Shown here: positions 19,771 to 29,469 of the stretch, one piece after another
Position numbering within the stretch: the stretch's first letter is position 1
Layout: every line of letters begins with the position of its first letter
Assembly: GCA_963205375.1 (NCBI GenBank)
Contig: CAUJJV010000020.1
Coordinates: forward strand, 1 to 39,917
DNA length: 39,917 nt
Source: Pseudomonadota bacterium
GTDB taxonomy: Bacteria; Pseudomonadota; Gammaproteobacteria; Burkholderiales; Burkholderiaceae_C
Reading direction: 5' to 3'
Notes under the pieces: generated by a model
What the model was told of the DNA's origin: nothing
The model's input: the letters and a program-made list of their open reading frames with translations, nothing else
The model's database searches: none
Made by a program: the position numbers and the translations under genes

Positions 19771-20604
19771 TCAGGGAATTGCCACTTGGCTAACTTCAAC
19801 CCGAAGGTCCAGCCAACGCTCCAGGGCCATCCGCAAGGCGCCCGGGTCGCCGGTCGTGCACAACATGAGCATGGGGTCACGGGGGCCATGGGCCAGAGCA
19901 GGCTCGGTAAACAACCCGTGGATTTCAGCCAGTAGCCGCCGGGTCTGGCGCGCCACGGGGACGCCGCCTTCGAGAAATGGAATGTCGGGACCCACGTGCG
20001 CACGCAGTTGTGGTGTGGCAAACGGATAGTGGGTGCAGCCCAGTACCAGGGTGTCCATCTGACCAGAATTTAAGCCAAATTGGCCCATGGCCCCCGTGTA
20101 ATATGCACAGAGTGCTTCTATTTTTATAGCGTCGTCGCACTCGATGGCGTTCGCCAGGCCGTCGCACGGCTGCAGGACAAAGGTGGCTTTGCCGTGCAGG
20201 GATTGCAACAGGGCACGGAATTTTTCGCTGTTGAGCGTTCCCCGCGTGGCCATGACACCGATGACACCTGTTTTGCTTGTCTGGGCCGCCGGCTTGAGCG
20301 CGGGCTCAATGCCGATGATGGGTAAACCTGGGTGCGTGTCACGCAGCAAGCGGATGGCTGCTGCAGTGGCGGTATTGCAGGCGACCACCAGGGCCTTGAT
20401 GCGGTGGCGTTCCAGAAGGTGCAAAGCAATGGCATGCGTGCGCGCAATGACGTGCTCGTCATTGCGCTCGCCGTAGGGGGCGTGCCCGCTGTCTGCCACA
20501 TAGACAAACTGCTCTTGCGGCAGTTCTGCGCGCAGGGCACGCAAAACGCTGAGTCCGCCGACCCCGCTGTCAAAGACCCCGATGGGGCAGGACGTGTCGA
20601 TCAA
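19771..20604 (-). CDS. murI: Glutamate racemase
   Basis: IGVFDSGVGGLSV, PYG, VACNTA and LGCTHYP motifs. TTG start overlaps the fumarase stop (TTGA). Confidence 0.95.
   Translation of the reverse strand: MIDTSCPIGVFDSGVGGLSVLRALRAELPQEQFVYVADSGHAPYGERNDEHVIARTHAIALHLLERHRIKALVVACNTATAAAIRLLRDTHPGLPIIGIEPALKPAAQTSKTGVIGVMATRGTLNSEKFRALLQSLHGKATFVLQPCDGLANAIECDDAIKIEALCAYYTGAMGQFGLNSGQMDTLVLGCTHYPFATPQLRAHVGPDIPFLEGGVPVARQTRRLLAEIHGLFTEPALAHGPRDPMLMLCTTGDPGALRMALERWLDLRVEVSQVAIP
20068..20131 (+). repeat. Spaced-motif repeat, copy C (in frame inside murI, antisense orientation)
   Basis: ATTTAAGCCAAATTGGCCCATGGCCCCCGTGTAATATGCACAGAGTGCTTCTATTTTTATAGCG. Confidence 0.85.
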
Positions 20605-22154
20605 GCGGACTTGACAGGGATGGTCTTGAACTCGCCGCTGGCGATCTTCTTTTGCCACTCGGCCGGGCCGGTGATGTGGGCGCTGGTGCCGCCCGCATCC
20701 ACCGCCACGGTGACCGGCATGTCGACCACGTCGAATTCATAAATGGCTTCCATGCCCAGGTCGGCAAAGCCCACCACCTTGGCCGCCCTGATGGCTTTGG
20801 ACACCAGGTAAGCGGCGCCGCCCACGGCCATCAGGTACGCACTCTTGTGCTTTTTGATGGCTTCGATGGCGACTGGGCCGCGCTCGGCCTTGCCCACCAT
20901 GGAGATCAGGCCGGTCTCGGCCAGCATCATTTCGGTAAAGCCGTCCATGCGCGTTGCTGTGGTCGGGCCGGCGGGGCCTACCGCTTCGCCAGCTACGGGG
21001 TCCACCGGGCCTACGTAGTAGATGACGCGGTTGGTGAAATCTACCGGCAGTTTCTCGCCCTTGGCCAGCATGCCCTGGATGCGCTTGTGGGCTGCATCGC
21101 GGCCGGTCAGCATTTTGCCGTTGAGCAGCAGGGTCTGACCGGGCTTCCAGCTGGCGACTTCTTCCTTCGTGAGCGTGTTCAGGTCGACTTTTTTGCTTTT
21201 CACGTAGTCAGGGGTCCAGGCCACGTCGGGCCAGGTGTCCAGCGACGGAGGGGTCAGATACACGGGACCGGAGCCGTCCATCACAAAGTGGGCGTGGCGG
21301 GTGGCGGCGCAGTTGGGGATCATGGCAATCGGCTTGCTGGCGGCGTGGGTCGGGTACATCTTGATCTTGACGTCCAGTACCGTGGTCAGGCCGCCCAGAC
21401 CCTGGGCGCCAATGCCCAGCGCGTTGACTTTTTCGAACAGCTCCAGACGCAGTTTTTCCACGTTATCGAGTTCAGCTCCGCTGGCAGCTTTTGCCTGCAA
21501 CTCGTACATGTCCAGATCGTCCATCAGGCTCTCTTTGGCCATCAAGACAGACTTTTCTGCCGTACCGCCAATGCCGATGCCCAGCATGCCCGGCGGGCAC
21601 CAGCCGGCGCCCATGGTCGGCACGGTTTTCAGCACCCAGTCCACCACCGAGTCGCCGGGGTTAAGCATGTACATCTTGCTCTTGTTTTCAGAGCCGCCGC
21701 CCTTGGCGGCCACAGTCACTTCCACGGTGTTGCCGGGCACGATTTCTGTGAAGATCACCGCCGGCGTGTTGTCCTTGGTGTTCTTGCGCAGGAACTCGGG
21801 GTCGGCCACGACCGAGGCGCGCAGCGTGTTGTCGGGGTGGTTGTAGCCCTGGCGCACGCCTTCGTTGATAGCGTCGTCCAGGCTGCCGGTGAAGCCTTCC
21901 CAGCGCACATCCATGCCGACTTTCAGGAACACGTTGACGATGCCGGTGTCCTGGCAGATGGGGCGGTGGCCGGTGGCGCTCATCTTGCTGTTGGTCAGGA
22001 TCTGCGCAATCGCATCTTTGGCCGCCAGACTCTGCTCGCGCTCGTAGGCACGGGCCAGATGTGCGATGTAGTCGGCGGGGTGGTAATAGCTGATGTATTG
22101 CAGTGCAGCAGAAACGGATTCGATCAAATCGGCTTGGCAAATGGAGGTGGTCAT
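20601..22154 (-). CDS. Class I (Fe-S) fumarate hydratase
   Basis: RPICQDTG, KGGGSEN, GWCPPG, NCAATR, RDAAH and GPTTATRMD motifs. Confidence 0.95.
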   Translation of the reverse strand: MTTSICQADLIESVSAALQYISYYHPADYIAHLARAYEREQSLAAKDAIAQILTNSKMSATGHRPICQDTGIVNVFLKVGMDVRWEGFTGSLDDAINEGVRQGYNHPDNTLRASVVADPEFLRKNTKDNTPAVIFTEIVPGNTVEVTVAAKGGGSENKSKMYMLNPGDSVVDWVLKTVPTMGAGWCPPGMLGIGIGGTAEKSVLMAKESLMDDLDMYELQAKAASGAELDNVEKLRLELFEKVNALGIGAQGLGGLTTVLDVKIKMYPTHAASKPIAMIPNCAATRHAHFVMDGSGPVYLTPPSLDTWPDVAWTPDYVKSKKVDLNTLTKEEVASWKPGQTLLLNGKMLTGRDAAHKRIQGMLAKGEKLPVDFTNRVIYYVGPVDPVAGEAVGPAGPTTATRMDGFTEMMLAETGLISMVGKAERGPVAIEAIKKHKSAYLMAVGGAAYLVSKAIRAAKVVGFADLGMEAIYEFDVVDMPVTVAVDAGGTSAHITGPAEWQKKIASGEFKTIPVKSA

Positions 22155-22333
22155 GGTGTCTGAGAGGTTGGACAAAAGGAGGCCCCTGAGGCCGTACGCC
22201 TGAGTTTAGCCAATCCGCCCCACGGGCACCTGACAAACCCTGTAGCACAGGGCGGTGTCACTTAGGAGTCAGTGATATGTAAGTGCGTGGCACCAACATC
22301 CCGCCAGTTTTCAATAAACCGAGGAGACATTCC

Positions 22334-24328
22334 ATGACTGCAAGCACTGCCGGCGATTCCACCGCGACCGAAACCCACGTCTACCTGCCCAGCGCCGACT
22401 TTGCGAAGAATGCCGCCATTCCCAGCATGGCGGCATACGACGCGTTGTGCAAGGAAGCCGAGACCGATTACCAAGGTTTCTGGGGCAGCCTGGCCAAGGA
22501 ACTTCTGTCCTGGAAGGTGCCATTCACCCAGGTGCTGGATGACAGCAATGCGCCGTTTTTCAAGTGGTTTGCCGACGGCAAGCTCAACGCGTCGTACAAC
22601 TGCCTGGACCGCAACGTCGAAAAGGGTCTGGGCGACAAGACCGCCATCATTTTCGAAGCCGATGGTGGTGAAGTCACCAAGATTAACTACAAGGACCTGC
22701 TGGCCAAGACCAGCCAGATGGCCAACGGCCTGCGCTCACTTGGCATTAAAAAGGGTGACCGCGTGGTCATCTACATTTCCATGTCCATCGACGGCGTGGC
22801 CGCCATGCAGGCCTGCGCCCGTATTGGTGCAACCCATTCGGTGGTGTTCGGTGGCTTCTCGGCCCAGTCGCTGCGTGACCGCATCGAAGACACCGGCGCT
22901 GTGGCTATCATTACCGCCGACCACCAGGTGCGTGGTGGCAAGCAATTGCCCCTGAAGTCCATCGTCGACGAAGCGCTGACTTTGGGTGGCTGCGATTCCA
23001 TCAAGAACGTGCTGGTCGTCAAGCGCAGCGGTTCCGAGATTGCCATGACCGCGGGTCGTGACCAGTGGATGGAAGAAGTGACTGCTGGTCAGTCCACCAC
23101 CTGCGAGCCAGAGTGGGTGGAAGCCGAGCATCCCCTGTTCCTGCTTTACACCTCCGGCTCTACAGGCAAGCCCAAGGGCGTGCAGCATTCCACCGGCGGC
23201 TATCTGCTGCACGCAGCACTGACCACCAAGTGGACCTTCGATTTGAAGGCCGACGACGTGTTCTGGTGCACGGCCGACATCGGCTGGGTGACTGGCCACA
23301 CCTACATCACCTACGGTCCCCTGGCCCTGGGCGGTACCGAGATCGTGTTTGAGGGCGTGCCCACTTACCCCGATGCGGGTCGCTTCTGGAAGATGATCCA
23401 GGACCACAAGTGCACCGTGTTCTACACCGCACCCACGGCCATCCGTTCGCTGATCAAGGCTGCTGAAGCCAATGACGCGGTACACCCCAAGAGCTACAAC
23501 CTCTCCAGCCTGCGTCTGCTGGGTTCGGTGGGCGAGCCCATCAACCCCGCTGCTTGGGAGTGGTACTACAAGCATGTGGGCGGCAGCAAGTGCCCCATTG
23601 TGGACACCTTCTGGCAGACAGAAACCGGTGGTCACATGATCACTCCATTGCCCGGTGCAACACCCATGGTGCCCGGCTCCTGCACACTGCCGTTCCCCGG
23701 CATCCAGGCGGCCATCGTGGATGAGACCGGCAAGGATGTGCCCAATGGCCAAGGCGGTATTCTGGTGGTCAAGAAGCCCTGGCCTTCGATGATTCGCAAC
23801 ATCTGGGGCGACCCCGAGCGTTTCAAGAAGAGCTACTACCCTGAAGACTTCAAGGGCAAGTACTACCTGGCTGGCGACGGCGCCATCCGTGATGAGAAGA
23901 CCGGCTACTTCACCATCACCGGCCGTATTGATGACGTGCTGAATGTGTCGGGCCACCGCATGGGCACCATGGAAATTGAATCCGCCCTGGTGAGCTGCAC
24001 CGAGCTGGTGGCTGAAGCCGCTGTGGTAGGACGTCCTGACGACACCACTGGTGAAGCGATCTGCGCCTTCGTGGTGCTCAAGCGCCCACGCCCCACAGGC
24101 GACGAAGCCAAGGCCATCGCCAAGCAGCTGCGCGACTGGGTGGGTAAAGAGATTGGCCCGATTGCCAAGCCGAAGGACATCCGCTTTGGTGACAACCTGC
24201 CCAAGACCCGCTCCGGCAAGATCATGCGCCGCCTCCTGCGCTCGGTCGCCAAGAACGAGGCTATTACCCAGGACACTTCGACCCTGGAAAATCCGGCGAT
24301 CCTGGATCAGTTGGGTCAGGCGTATTGA
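22334..24328 (+). CDS. acs: Acetyl-CoA synthetase
   Basis: [28 protein letters not shown] and [11 protein letters not shown] motifs. GAGGAG RBS. Confidence 0.98.
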   Translation: MTASTAGDSTATETHVYLPSADFAKNAAIPSMAAYDALCKEAETDYQGFWGSLAKELLSWKVPFTQVLDDSNAPFFKWFADGKLNASYNCLDRNVEKGLGDKTAIIFEADGGEVTKINYKDLLAKTSQMANGLRSLGIKKGDRVVIYISMSIDGVAAMQACARIGATHSVVFGGFSAQSLRDRIEDTGAVAIITADHQVRGGKQLPLKSIVDEALTLGGCDSIKNVLVVKRSGSEIAMTAGRDQWMEEVTAGQSTTCEPEWVEAEHPLFLLYTSGSTGKPKGVQHSTGGYLLHAALTTKWTFDLKADDVFWCTADIGWVTGHTYITYGPLALGGTEIVFEGVPTYPDAGRFWKMIQDHKCTVFYTAPTAIRSLIKAAEANDAVHPKSYNLSSLRLLGSVGEPINPAAWEWYYKHVGGSKCPIVDTFWQTETGGHMITPLPGATPMVPGSCTLPFPGIQAAIVDETGKDVPNGQGGILVVKKPWPSMIRNIWGDPERFKKSYYPEDFKGKYYLAGDGAIRDEKTGYFTITGRIDDVLNVSGHRMGTMEIESALVSCTELVAEAAVVGRPDDTTGEAICAFVVLKRPRPTGDEAKAIAKQLRDWVGKEIGPIAKPKDIRFGDNLPKTRSGKIMRRLLRSVAKNEAITQDTSTLENPAILDQLGQAY

Positions 24329-24336
24329 GATGGCAT

Positions 24337-24417
24337 GCGGGGGAGTGGAAGTTATGCTTCGTGTCCCCCGGCCTTTGGCCTCCTCCTTTACCTGCGCAAA
24401 GCATCCACACCCCTTGC
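24337..24417 (+). other. Nested stem-loop element with an exposed anti-Shine-Dalgarno-like tract (candidate small repeat or sRNA)
   Basis: GCGGGGGAGTGGA/TCCACACCCCTTGC and ATGCTTCGTG/CGCAAAGCAT arms enclose GGCC-TTT-GGCC and CCTCCTCCTTTA. Confidence 0.45.
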
Positions 24418-24436
24418 TTTAGCAGGGGGGAGACGT

Positions 24437-24464
24437 AAAAAAGCCCACCTAGGTGGGCTTTTTT
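24437..24464. terminator. Bidirectional intrinsic terminator between acs and the cytochrome c gene
   Basis: Perfect 28-bp palindrome AAAAAAGCCCACCTAGGTGGGCTTTTTT between convergent genes. Confidence 0.92.
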
Positions 24465-24504
24465 GCTTGGTGCTGCGGCCCGGTGCAGGCCGCAAGGAGT
24501 CAGA

Positions 24505-24819
24505 TTACTTCTGGCTCAGAACCCAAGCCGCCAGCTTCTTGGCATCGGCTTCATTCACTTGGGGGTTGGCGGGCATCGGAACAGCACCCCACACACCACT
24601 GCCACCCTTGATGATCTTGGTAGCCAGCTTGTCTGCAGCGGTCTTGTCGCCCTTGTACTTGGCAGCCACGTCCTTGTAGGCAGGGCCAACGAGCTTTTTG
24701 TCAACGGCATGGCAAGCCATGCAGTTCTTGGATGTTGCCAGGGCCTGGTCGGCAAAGGCAGGCGCTGCAGTGAACACAGCGGTAGCACTGAGTGCAATGG
24801 CAAACACGGTACGTTTCAT
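24505..24819 (-). CDS. Monoheme cytochrome c (c551/c552 type)
   Basis: Signal peptide ending APAFA, CMACH heme motif, VGPAY and WGAVPMP (axial Met). Confidence 0.95.
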   Translation of the reverse strand: MKRTVFAIALSATAVFTAAPAFADQALATSKNCMACHAVDKKLVGPAYKDVAAKYKGDKTAADKLATKIIKGGSGVWGAVPMPANPQVNEADAKKLAAWVLSQK

Positions 24820-24917
24820 GAAAGACCTCTTAGGTTGGTTTACAGTTCGATAACGCAATTGTATTGGGAGTCGTTGACATGCGACTTGCCAAGCTGGCAG
24901 TTAACTGGAGCCTGTTT

Positions 24918-25163
24918 ATGTATTTCCTGGGTTTGGGGTTGGTATTGCTCGTATTGAAATACCTGGAAGTTGATCCGGTGGTCACCTGGTCGTGGTGGGT
25001 TGTTCTTGCGCCTTTTGGCTTGGCCATGGCGTGGTGGGCCTGGGCGGATGCCACAGGCTACACCAAGAAAAAAGTGATGGAAAAGGAAAATGCCCGGCGC
25101 AAGGAGCGCATAGAGCGCAACAAGGAAGCCATGGGCACACTCAGCAGCAAGAAGCGCCGCTGA
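24918..25163 (+). CDS. Small Trp-rich membrane protein (TIGR04438-like)
   Basis: MYFLGLG...WSWWVVL..F....[12 protein letters not shown] with a basic tail. GGAG RBS. Confidence 0.75.
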   Translation: MYFLGLGLVLLVLKYLEVDPVVTWSWWVVLAPFGLAMAWWAWADATGYTKKKVMEKENARRKERIERNKEAMGTLSSKKRR

Positions 25164-25164
25164 C

Positions 25165-25971
25165 ATGCTGATGCACCCCCAAATCGACCCGGTTGCCCTG
25201 CAACTGGGCCCGGTGGCGATTCACTGGTACGGGCTGACCTATCTTGCAGCCTTTGGTCTGTTTCTCTTCCTCGGTAGCCGGCGCTTGCGCCACGCGCCCT
25301 ATGCGGGCCTGTCGGGGCGTGCAGCCTGGACATACAAAGACGTAGAAGACATCCTCTTTCTGGGTGTTTTGGGCGTTGTTCTGGGGGGCCGAATTGGCTA
25401 TTGTCTGTTTTACAAGCCCGGCTACTACGCCATGCACCCGCTGGAAGTGTTTGCGGTCTGGCAGGGCGGCATGAGTTTTCACGGCGGCATGCTCGGCGTG
25501 ATTGCTTCGATGGCGTGGTATGCCCATTCGCGGGGCCGGTCGTTCTGGGAGGTTGCCGATTTCGTGGCTCCGTGCGTGCCGACGGGTCTGGCCGCCGGAC
25601 GGGTTGGTAATTTTCTCAATGGCGAACTGTGGGGACGGCTGGCCGATCCGTCGCTGCCCTGGGGCATGGTGTTTCGCGGAGCGGGTGATTTGCCGCGTCA
25701 TCCGTCGCAGGTTTACCAGTTTCTGATGGAGGGGCTGTTGCTGTTCGTACTGCTGTGGTGGTATGCCCGCAGTGCACCAAAGCAGGGGCAAGTCGCGGGG
25801 GCCTTTCTGTTCGGCTACGGCGTGTTTCGTTTTATTGCCGAGTTTTTTCGTGAGCCCGATGCCCACCTGGGCTTGTTGTCCCTCGGAATGAGCATGGGGC
25901 AATGGCTGTGCATTCCCATGATTCTGGGTGGGGCAGGGCTGTGGTGGCTAAAAAAAGGAGACAAACCATGA
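25165..25971 (+). CDS. lgt: Prolipoprotein diacylglyceryl transferase
   Basis: [38 protein letters not shown] and EFFREPD motifs. Confidence 0.97.
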   Translation: MLMHPQIDPVALQLGPVAIHWYGLTYLAAFGLFLFLGSRRLRHAPYAGLSGRAAWTYKDVEDILFLGVLGVVLGGRIGYCLFYKPGYYAMHPLEVFAVWQGGMSFHGGMLGVIASMAWYAHSRGRSFWEVADFVAPCVPTGLAAGRVGNFLNGELWGRLADPSLPWGMVFRGAGDLPRHPSQVYQFLMEGLLLFVLLWWYARSAPKQGQVAGAFLFGYGVFRFIAEFFREPDAHLGLLSLGMSMGQWLCIPMILGGAGLWWLKKGDKP

Positions 25972-26975
25972 AATTGAAAAAAATCCGCGGTGTTCCCGGC
26001 CTGCCCAGCCGCCGTGACGTCCTGGCCGCGGGAGCGCTGCTGGGCCTGTCCGGCGCACTGCCGGCGTTTGCCCAGGCACGCTGGCCCGCCAAACCCGTGA
26101 CGCTGGTGGTGCCTTTCCCGGCAGGCGGAGGCACCGACGCTTTTGCACGCCCGATGGCCGCGCAGTTTCCCAAACTCACGGGTACCCAGCTCGTGATTGA
26201 CAACCGCGGTGGCGCAGGTGGCACGCTGGGCGCAGGCATTGCCGCCAAGGCGCCTGCGGACGGCTACACCCTGTTCATGGGCGCAGTGCACCACGCCATT
26301 GCACCGTCGATGTACCCCCGGTTGGAGTACGACATCGAGAAGGATTTCGTGCCGCTGGCACTGCTGGCCAATGTGCCACAGGTGCTGGTGGTCAACCCGA
26401 AAAACGTGCCGGGCAACTTTGCCGCGTTCCTGGCACAGGTCAAAGCCAATCCGGGCAAGATGAACTACGGCTCTGCGGGTGGTGGCACGTCCCACCACCT
26501 GGCGGGCGAGCTCTTCAAGATCCAGACCAAGACATTCATCACGCACATTCCCTACCGTGGCGCCGGGCCAGCCTTGCAGGACCTGATGGCCGGCAATGTG
26601 GACATGATGTTCGATGGACTTGGCTCATCGGCCGCCCACATCAAGGGCGGGCGGATCAAGGCGCTGATGGTCTCTGGCTCCAAACGCAACCCGGCCTTCC
26701 CGGATGTGCCCTGTGCGGCAGAGCTGGGTCTGCCGGATTACACCGTGAGCACCTGGTACGGACTGTGGGCACCCAAGGGCACCCCGGCCGACGTACAGGC
26801 GCGCATTGTCGAAGAGGTCAACCGCATTGCTGCGGCAGACGAGATCAAGGCAAGCTGGGCCAGCAACGGCGCCGAGTTCGGCAAGCTGACCCAAGCCCAG
26901 TTTGGCGCGTTCGTCAGTGCAGAAGTCAAACGCTGGGCCGCCGTGGTCAAGGCGTCTGGCGCCCGACTGGACTGA
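25968..26975 (+). CDS. Bug/TctC tripartite tricarboxylate transporter substrate-binding protein (Tat signal)
   Basis: SRRDVL twin-arginine signal, [23 protein letters not shown] and HIPYRG. ATGA overlap with lgt. Confidence 0.93.
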   Translation: MKLKKIRGVPGLPSRRDVLAAGALLGLSGALPAFAQARWPAKPVTLVVPFPAGGGTDAFARPMAAQFPKLTGTQLVIDNRGGAGGTLGAGIAAKAPADGYTLFMGAVHHAIAPSMYPRLEYDIEKDFVPLALLANVPQVLVVNPKNVPGNFAAFLAQVKANPGKMNYGSAGGGTSHHLAGELFKIQTKTFITHIPYRGAGPALQDLMAGNVDMMFDGLGSSAAHIKGGRIKALMVSGSKRNPAFPDVPCAAELGLPDYTVSTWYGLWAPKGTPADVQARIVEEVNRIAAADEIKASWASNGAEFGKLTQAQFGAFVSAEVKRWAAVVKASGARLD

Positions 26976-26995
26976 CGCACAAGGATTGGCTGTTC

Positions 26996-27796
26996 ATGGC
27001 AGGAAGCATCTTCGTACGCAGGGATGGGGCCGTAGCCTGGGTGACTTTGTCCCACCCGGGCAAATTCAACGCCATGTCGCGTGCCATGTGGGTGTCCCTG
27101 AAGTCGGTTTTTGAGGACCTCGACGGTGACTCCGGCTTGCGCTGCATCGTGGTGCAGGGGGAGGGCGGACATTTTTGTGCCGGCGGCGACATTGCCGAGT
27201 ATCCCGGCTTCCGGTTTGACGCGCAGCAACTGCAGACTTTTCATGAGGCCGAAGTGTGGGGTGGCTTGCAGGCTATGCTCGACTGTGATGTGCCCATCGT
27301 GGCCCACATCCAGGGCAACTGCATGGGCGCAGGGGTGGAAATTGCCAGTTGCTGCGACCTGCGCCTGGCCAGTACGCAGGCACGCTTTGGTGCGCCCATT
27401 GCCCGGCTGGGCTTCCCGATGGCGCCCAGGGAGGCCGCACTGGTCGCGCGTGCCGTAGGCGATGCCACCGCACGGGCCATGCTGTTGGCGGCCGAGGTGT
27501 TTGACGCACAGCATATGCGGGCGCAGGGTTTTCTGTTGCGTACCCTTCCCGACACGGAGCTGGCAGACCACGTCCACGCCCTGGTGCAGCGCATGGCAGG
27601 TCTGGCCCCGCAGGCTGCACGCATGAACAAACAGACGTTTAGAGCATTAAATGGGCCTCAAGCCCCCGTGGAATATGCGCAGGTAGCTATTAAAAACATA
27701 GCAAACAAGATGTCTGAAGCCTATGCCTACGCTGACAGCCCGGAACACCGGGAGGGCATACAGGCGTTTCTCGACAAGCGGCCTCCCAATTTTTGA
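26996..27796 (+). CDS. Enoyl-CoA hydratase/isomerase (crotonase) family protein
   Basis: KFNAM, FCAGGDI, GNCMGAG and EGIQAFLDKRPP motifs. Confidence 0.9.
   Translation: MAGSIFVRRDGAVAWVTLSHPGKFNAMSRAMWVSLKSVFEDLDGDSGLRCIVVQGEGGHFCAGGDIAEYPGFRFDAQQLQTFHEAEVWGGLQAMLDCDVPIVAHIQGNCMGAGVEIASCCDLRLASTQARFGAPIARLGFPMAPREAALVARAVGDATARAMLLAAEVFDAQHMRAQGFLLRTLPDTELADHVHALVQRMAGLAPQAARMNKQTFRALNGPQAPVEYAQVAIKNIANKMSEAYAYADSPEHREGIQAFLDKRPPNF
27640..27703 (+). repeat. Spaced-motif repeat, copy D (in frame inside the crotonase gene)
   Basis: TAGAGCATTAAATGGGCCTCAAGCCCCCGTGGAATATGCGCAGGTAGCTATTAAAAACATAGCA; 41/55 identical to copy A over alignment columns 10-64 (hand count). Confidence 0.88.
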
Positions 27797-27803
27797 GTTC
27801 ACC

Positions 27804-29369
27804 ATGACACAAGAGCACACATCCCGGGGCCCTACCCCCGCCAACGAGAACCTGTTCGCCGCCCTGGTAGCCGCGTTCCCTGCGGATCGCAGTGCCTGCG
27901 CGGTGGAGACCGAGACCGGCTTGCAGTACTCCTGGCAGGACCTGCTCGATGCCACCGCCATGGTGGCCAACCTGTTGCAGTCCCTTGGCCTGGAGCCGGG
28001 CGCCCGCATTGCGGTGCAGGTCGAGAAGTCGGTCGAGGCGCTCATCCTGTACCTGGCGACCCTGCGCGCCGGACTGGTGTACCTGCCGCTCAACACGGCC
28101 TACCAGAGCGCCGAGATGGCGTACTTCATCGACGATGCCAAACCGGCCGTGGTGGTGTGCAGCGGACGCAACTTTGGCTGGATCAGCAAGATGGCGTTCC
28201 TGGCGGGGACCGCCCATGTGTTTACCCTCAATGAGGACCGCACCGGCTCGTTGCTGGACCGTGCTGCGCAGTATTCCCGCAACCACATCGTGGCCAAGCG
28301 CTCTGCGGATGACCTGGCCGCCATCATCTATACCAGCGGCACCACCGGACGCAGCAAGGGCGCCATGCTGTCGCATGGCAATTTGCTGAGCAATGCGCGG
28401 GTGCTGCAGACCTACTGGGGCTGGCGCACGCCGCAGCAGGGCGGTGACGTACTGATCCATGCTTTGCCCATCTTCCATGTGCATGGCCTGTTTGTGGCCA
28501 TCCATGGTGCCCTGATCAATGGCAGCAAGATGCTCTGGATGGCCAAATTTGATCCCAAGGCGGTGCTGCAGGCCATGCCACGTGCCACGGTGTTCATGGG
28601 TGTGCCGACGCTGTATGTGCGTCTGTTGGCCGAACCGGGCTTGACCCGGGAGGCAGTGCGCAACATGCGCCTGTTCATCTCGGGCTCTGCTCCCATGCTG
28701 ATCGAGACTTTCAACGACTGGCAGCAGCGCACCGGCCATGCGATTCTGGAGCGCTATGGCATGTCGGAGACGGTGATGCTGACGTCCAACCCCTGTCTGC
28801 CTGCTGATGGTGAGCGTATCGGCGGGACAGTGGGCCGACCGCTGCCTGGTGTGCAGTTGCGCGTGCAGGACGAGGACGGGTGTGCAGTTCCCGTGGGCGA
28901 GATTGGTGGCATCGAGGTCAAGGGGCCCAATGTTTTCAAGGGCTACTGGAACATGCCGGAGAAGACCGCGCAGGAATTCACTGCAGATGGCTTTTTCAAG
29001 ACGGGCGATGTGGGGCGTGTCGATGCCAATGACTATGTGACCATTGTGGGGCGCAGCAAGGACCTGATCATCAGCGGGGGCTACAACGTCTATCCGGCGG
29101 AGATCGAAGGCTATATCAACGCGTTGCCTGGCGTGGCAGAGAGTGCCGTGGTGGGTGTGCCCGATGCGGACTTTGGTGAGGTGGGGGTGGCTGTGGTGAT
29201 TGCCAAACCTGGCGCCGTGCTGGATCCCGCGGCCATCATTGCCCAACTGAAGGCTACGCTGGCCAATTTCAAGATTCCCAAGCGCTGCTTTGTCGTTCCT
29301 GAATTGCCCCGCAATGCCATGGGCAAGGTGCAGAAGAACCTGTTGCGTTCCCAGTACCAGGCGGTGTAG
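27804..29369 (+). CDS. matB: Malonyl-CoA synthetase
   Basis: YTSGTTGRSKG, LPIFHVHGL, ISGSAP, ILERYGMSET and PRNAMGKVQKN motifs. Confidence 0.88.
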   Translation: MTQEHTSRGPTPANENLFAALVAAFPADRSACAVETETGLQYSWQDLLDATAMVANLLQSLGLEPGARIAVQVEKSVEALILYLATLRAGLVYLPLNTAYQSAEMAYFIDDAKPAVVVCSGRNFGWISKMAFLAGTAHVFTLNEDRTGSLLDRAAQYSRNHIVAKRSADDLAAIIYTSGTTGRSKGAMLSHGNLLSNARVLQTYWGWRTPQQGGDVLIHALPIFHVHGLFVAIHGALINGSKMLWMAKFDPKAVLQAMPRATVFMGVPTLYVRLLAEPGLTREAVRNMRLFISGSAPMLIETFNDWQQRTGHAILERYGMSETVMLTSNPCLPADGERIGGTVGRPLPGVQLRVQDEDGCAVPVGEIGGIEVKGPNVFKGYWNMPEKTAQEFTADGFFKTGDVGRVDANDYVTIVGRSKDLIISGGYNVYPAEIEGYINALPGVAESAVVGVPDADFGEVGVAVVIAKPGAVLDPAAIIAQLKATLANFKIPKRCFVVPELPRNAMGKVQKNLLRSQYQAV

Positions 29370-29469
29370 CCGGCCCAATCCCTTTCGGGGGCAACTGCAG
29401 GCATGGAAAGCCTGGTTTCAGGCGTATTATCCTTTTGACTGTATACAGGTAGCGAACAGGAGTATTGCC

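Noticed and set aside
20652-22163. 503-aa plus-strand ORF (also 12228-13280, 22736-23956, 27690-29378, 29269-31014, 36628-37953, 38262-39419)
   Set aside because: Long antisense ORFs expected from GC-rich codon bias opposite well-supported genes.
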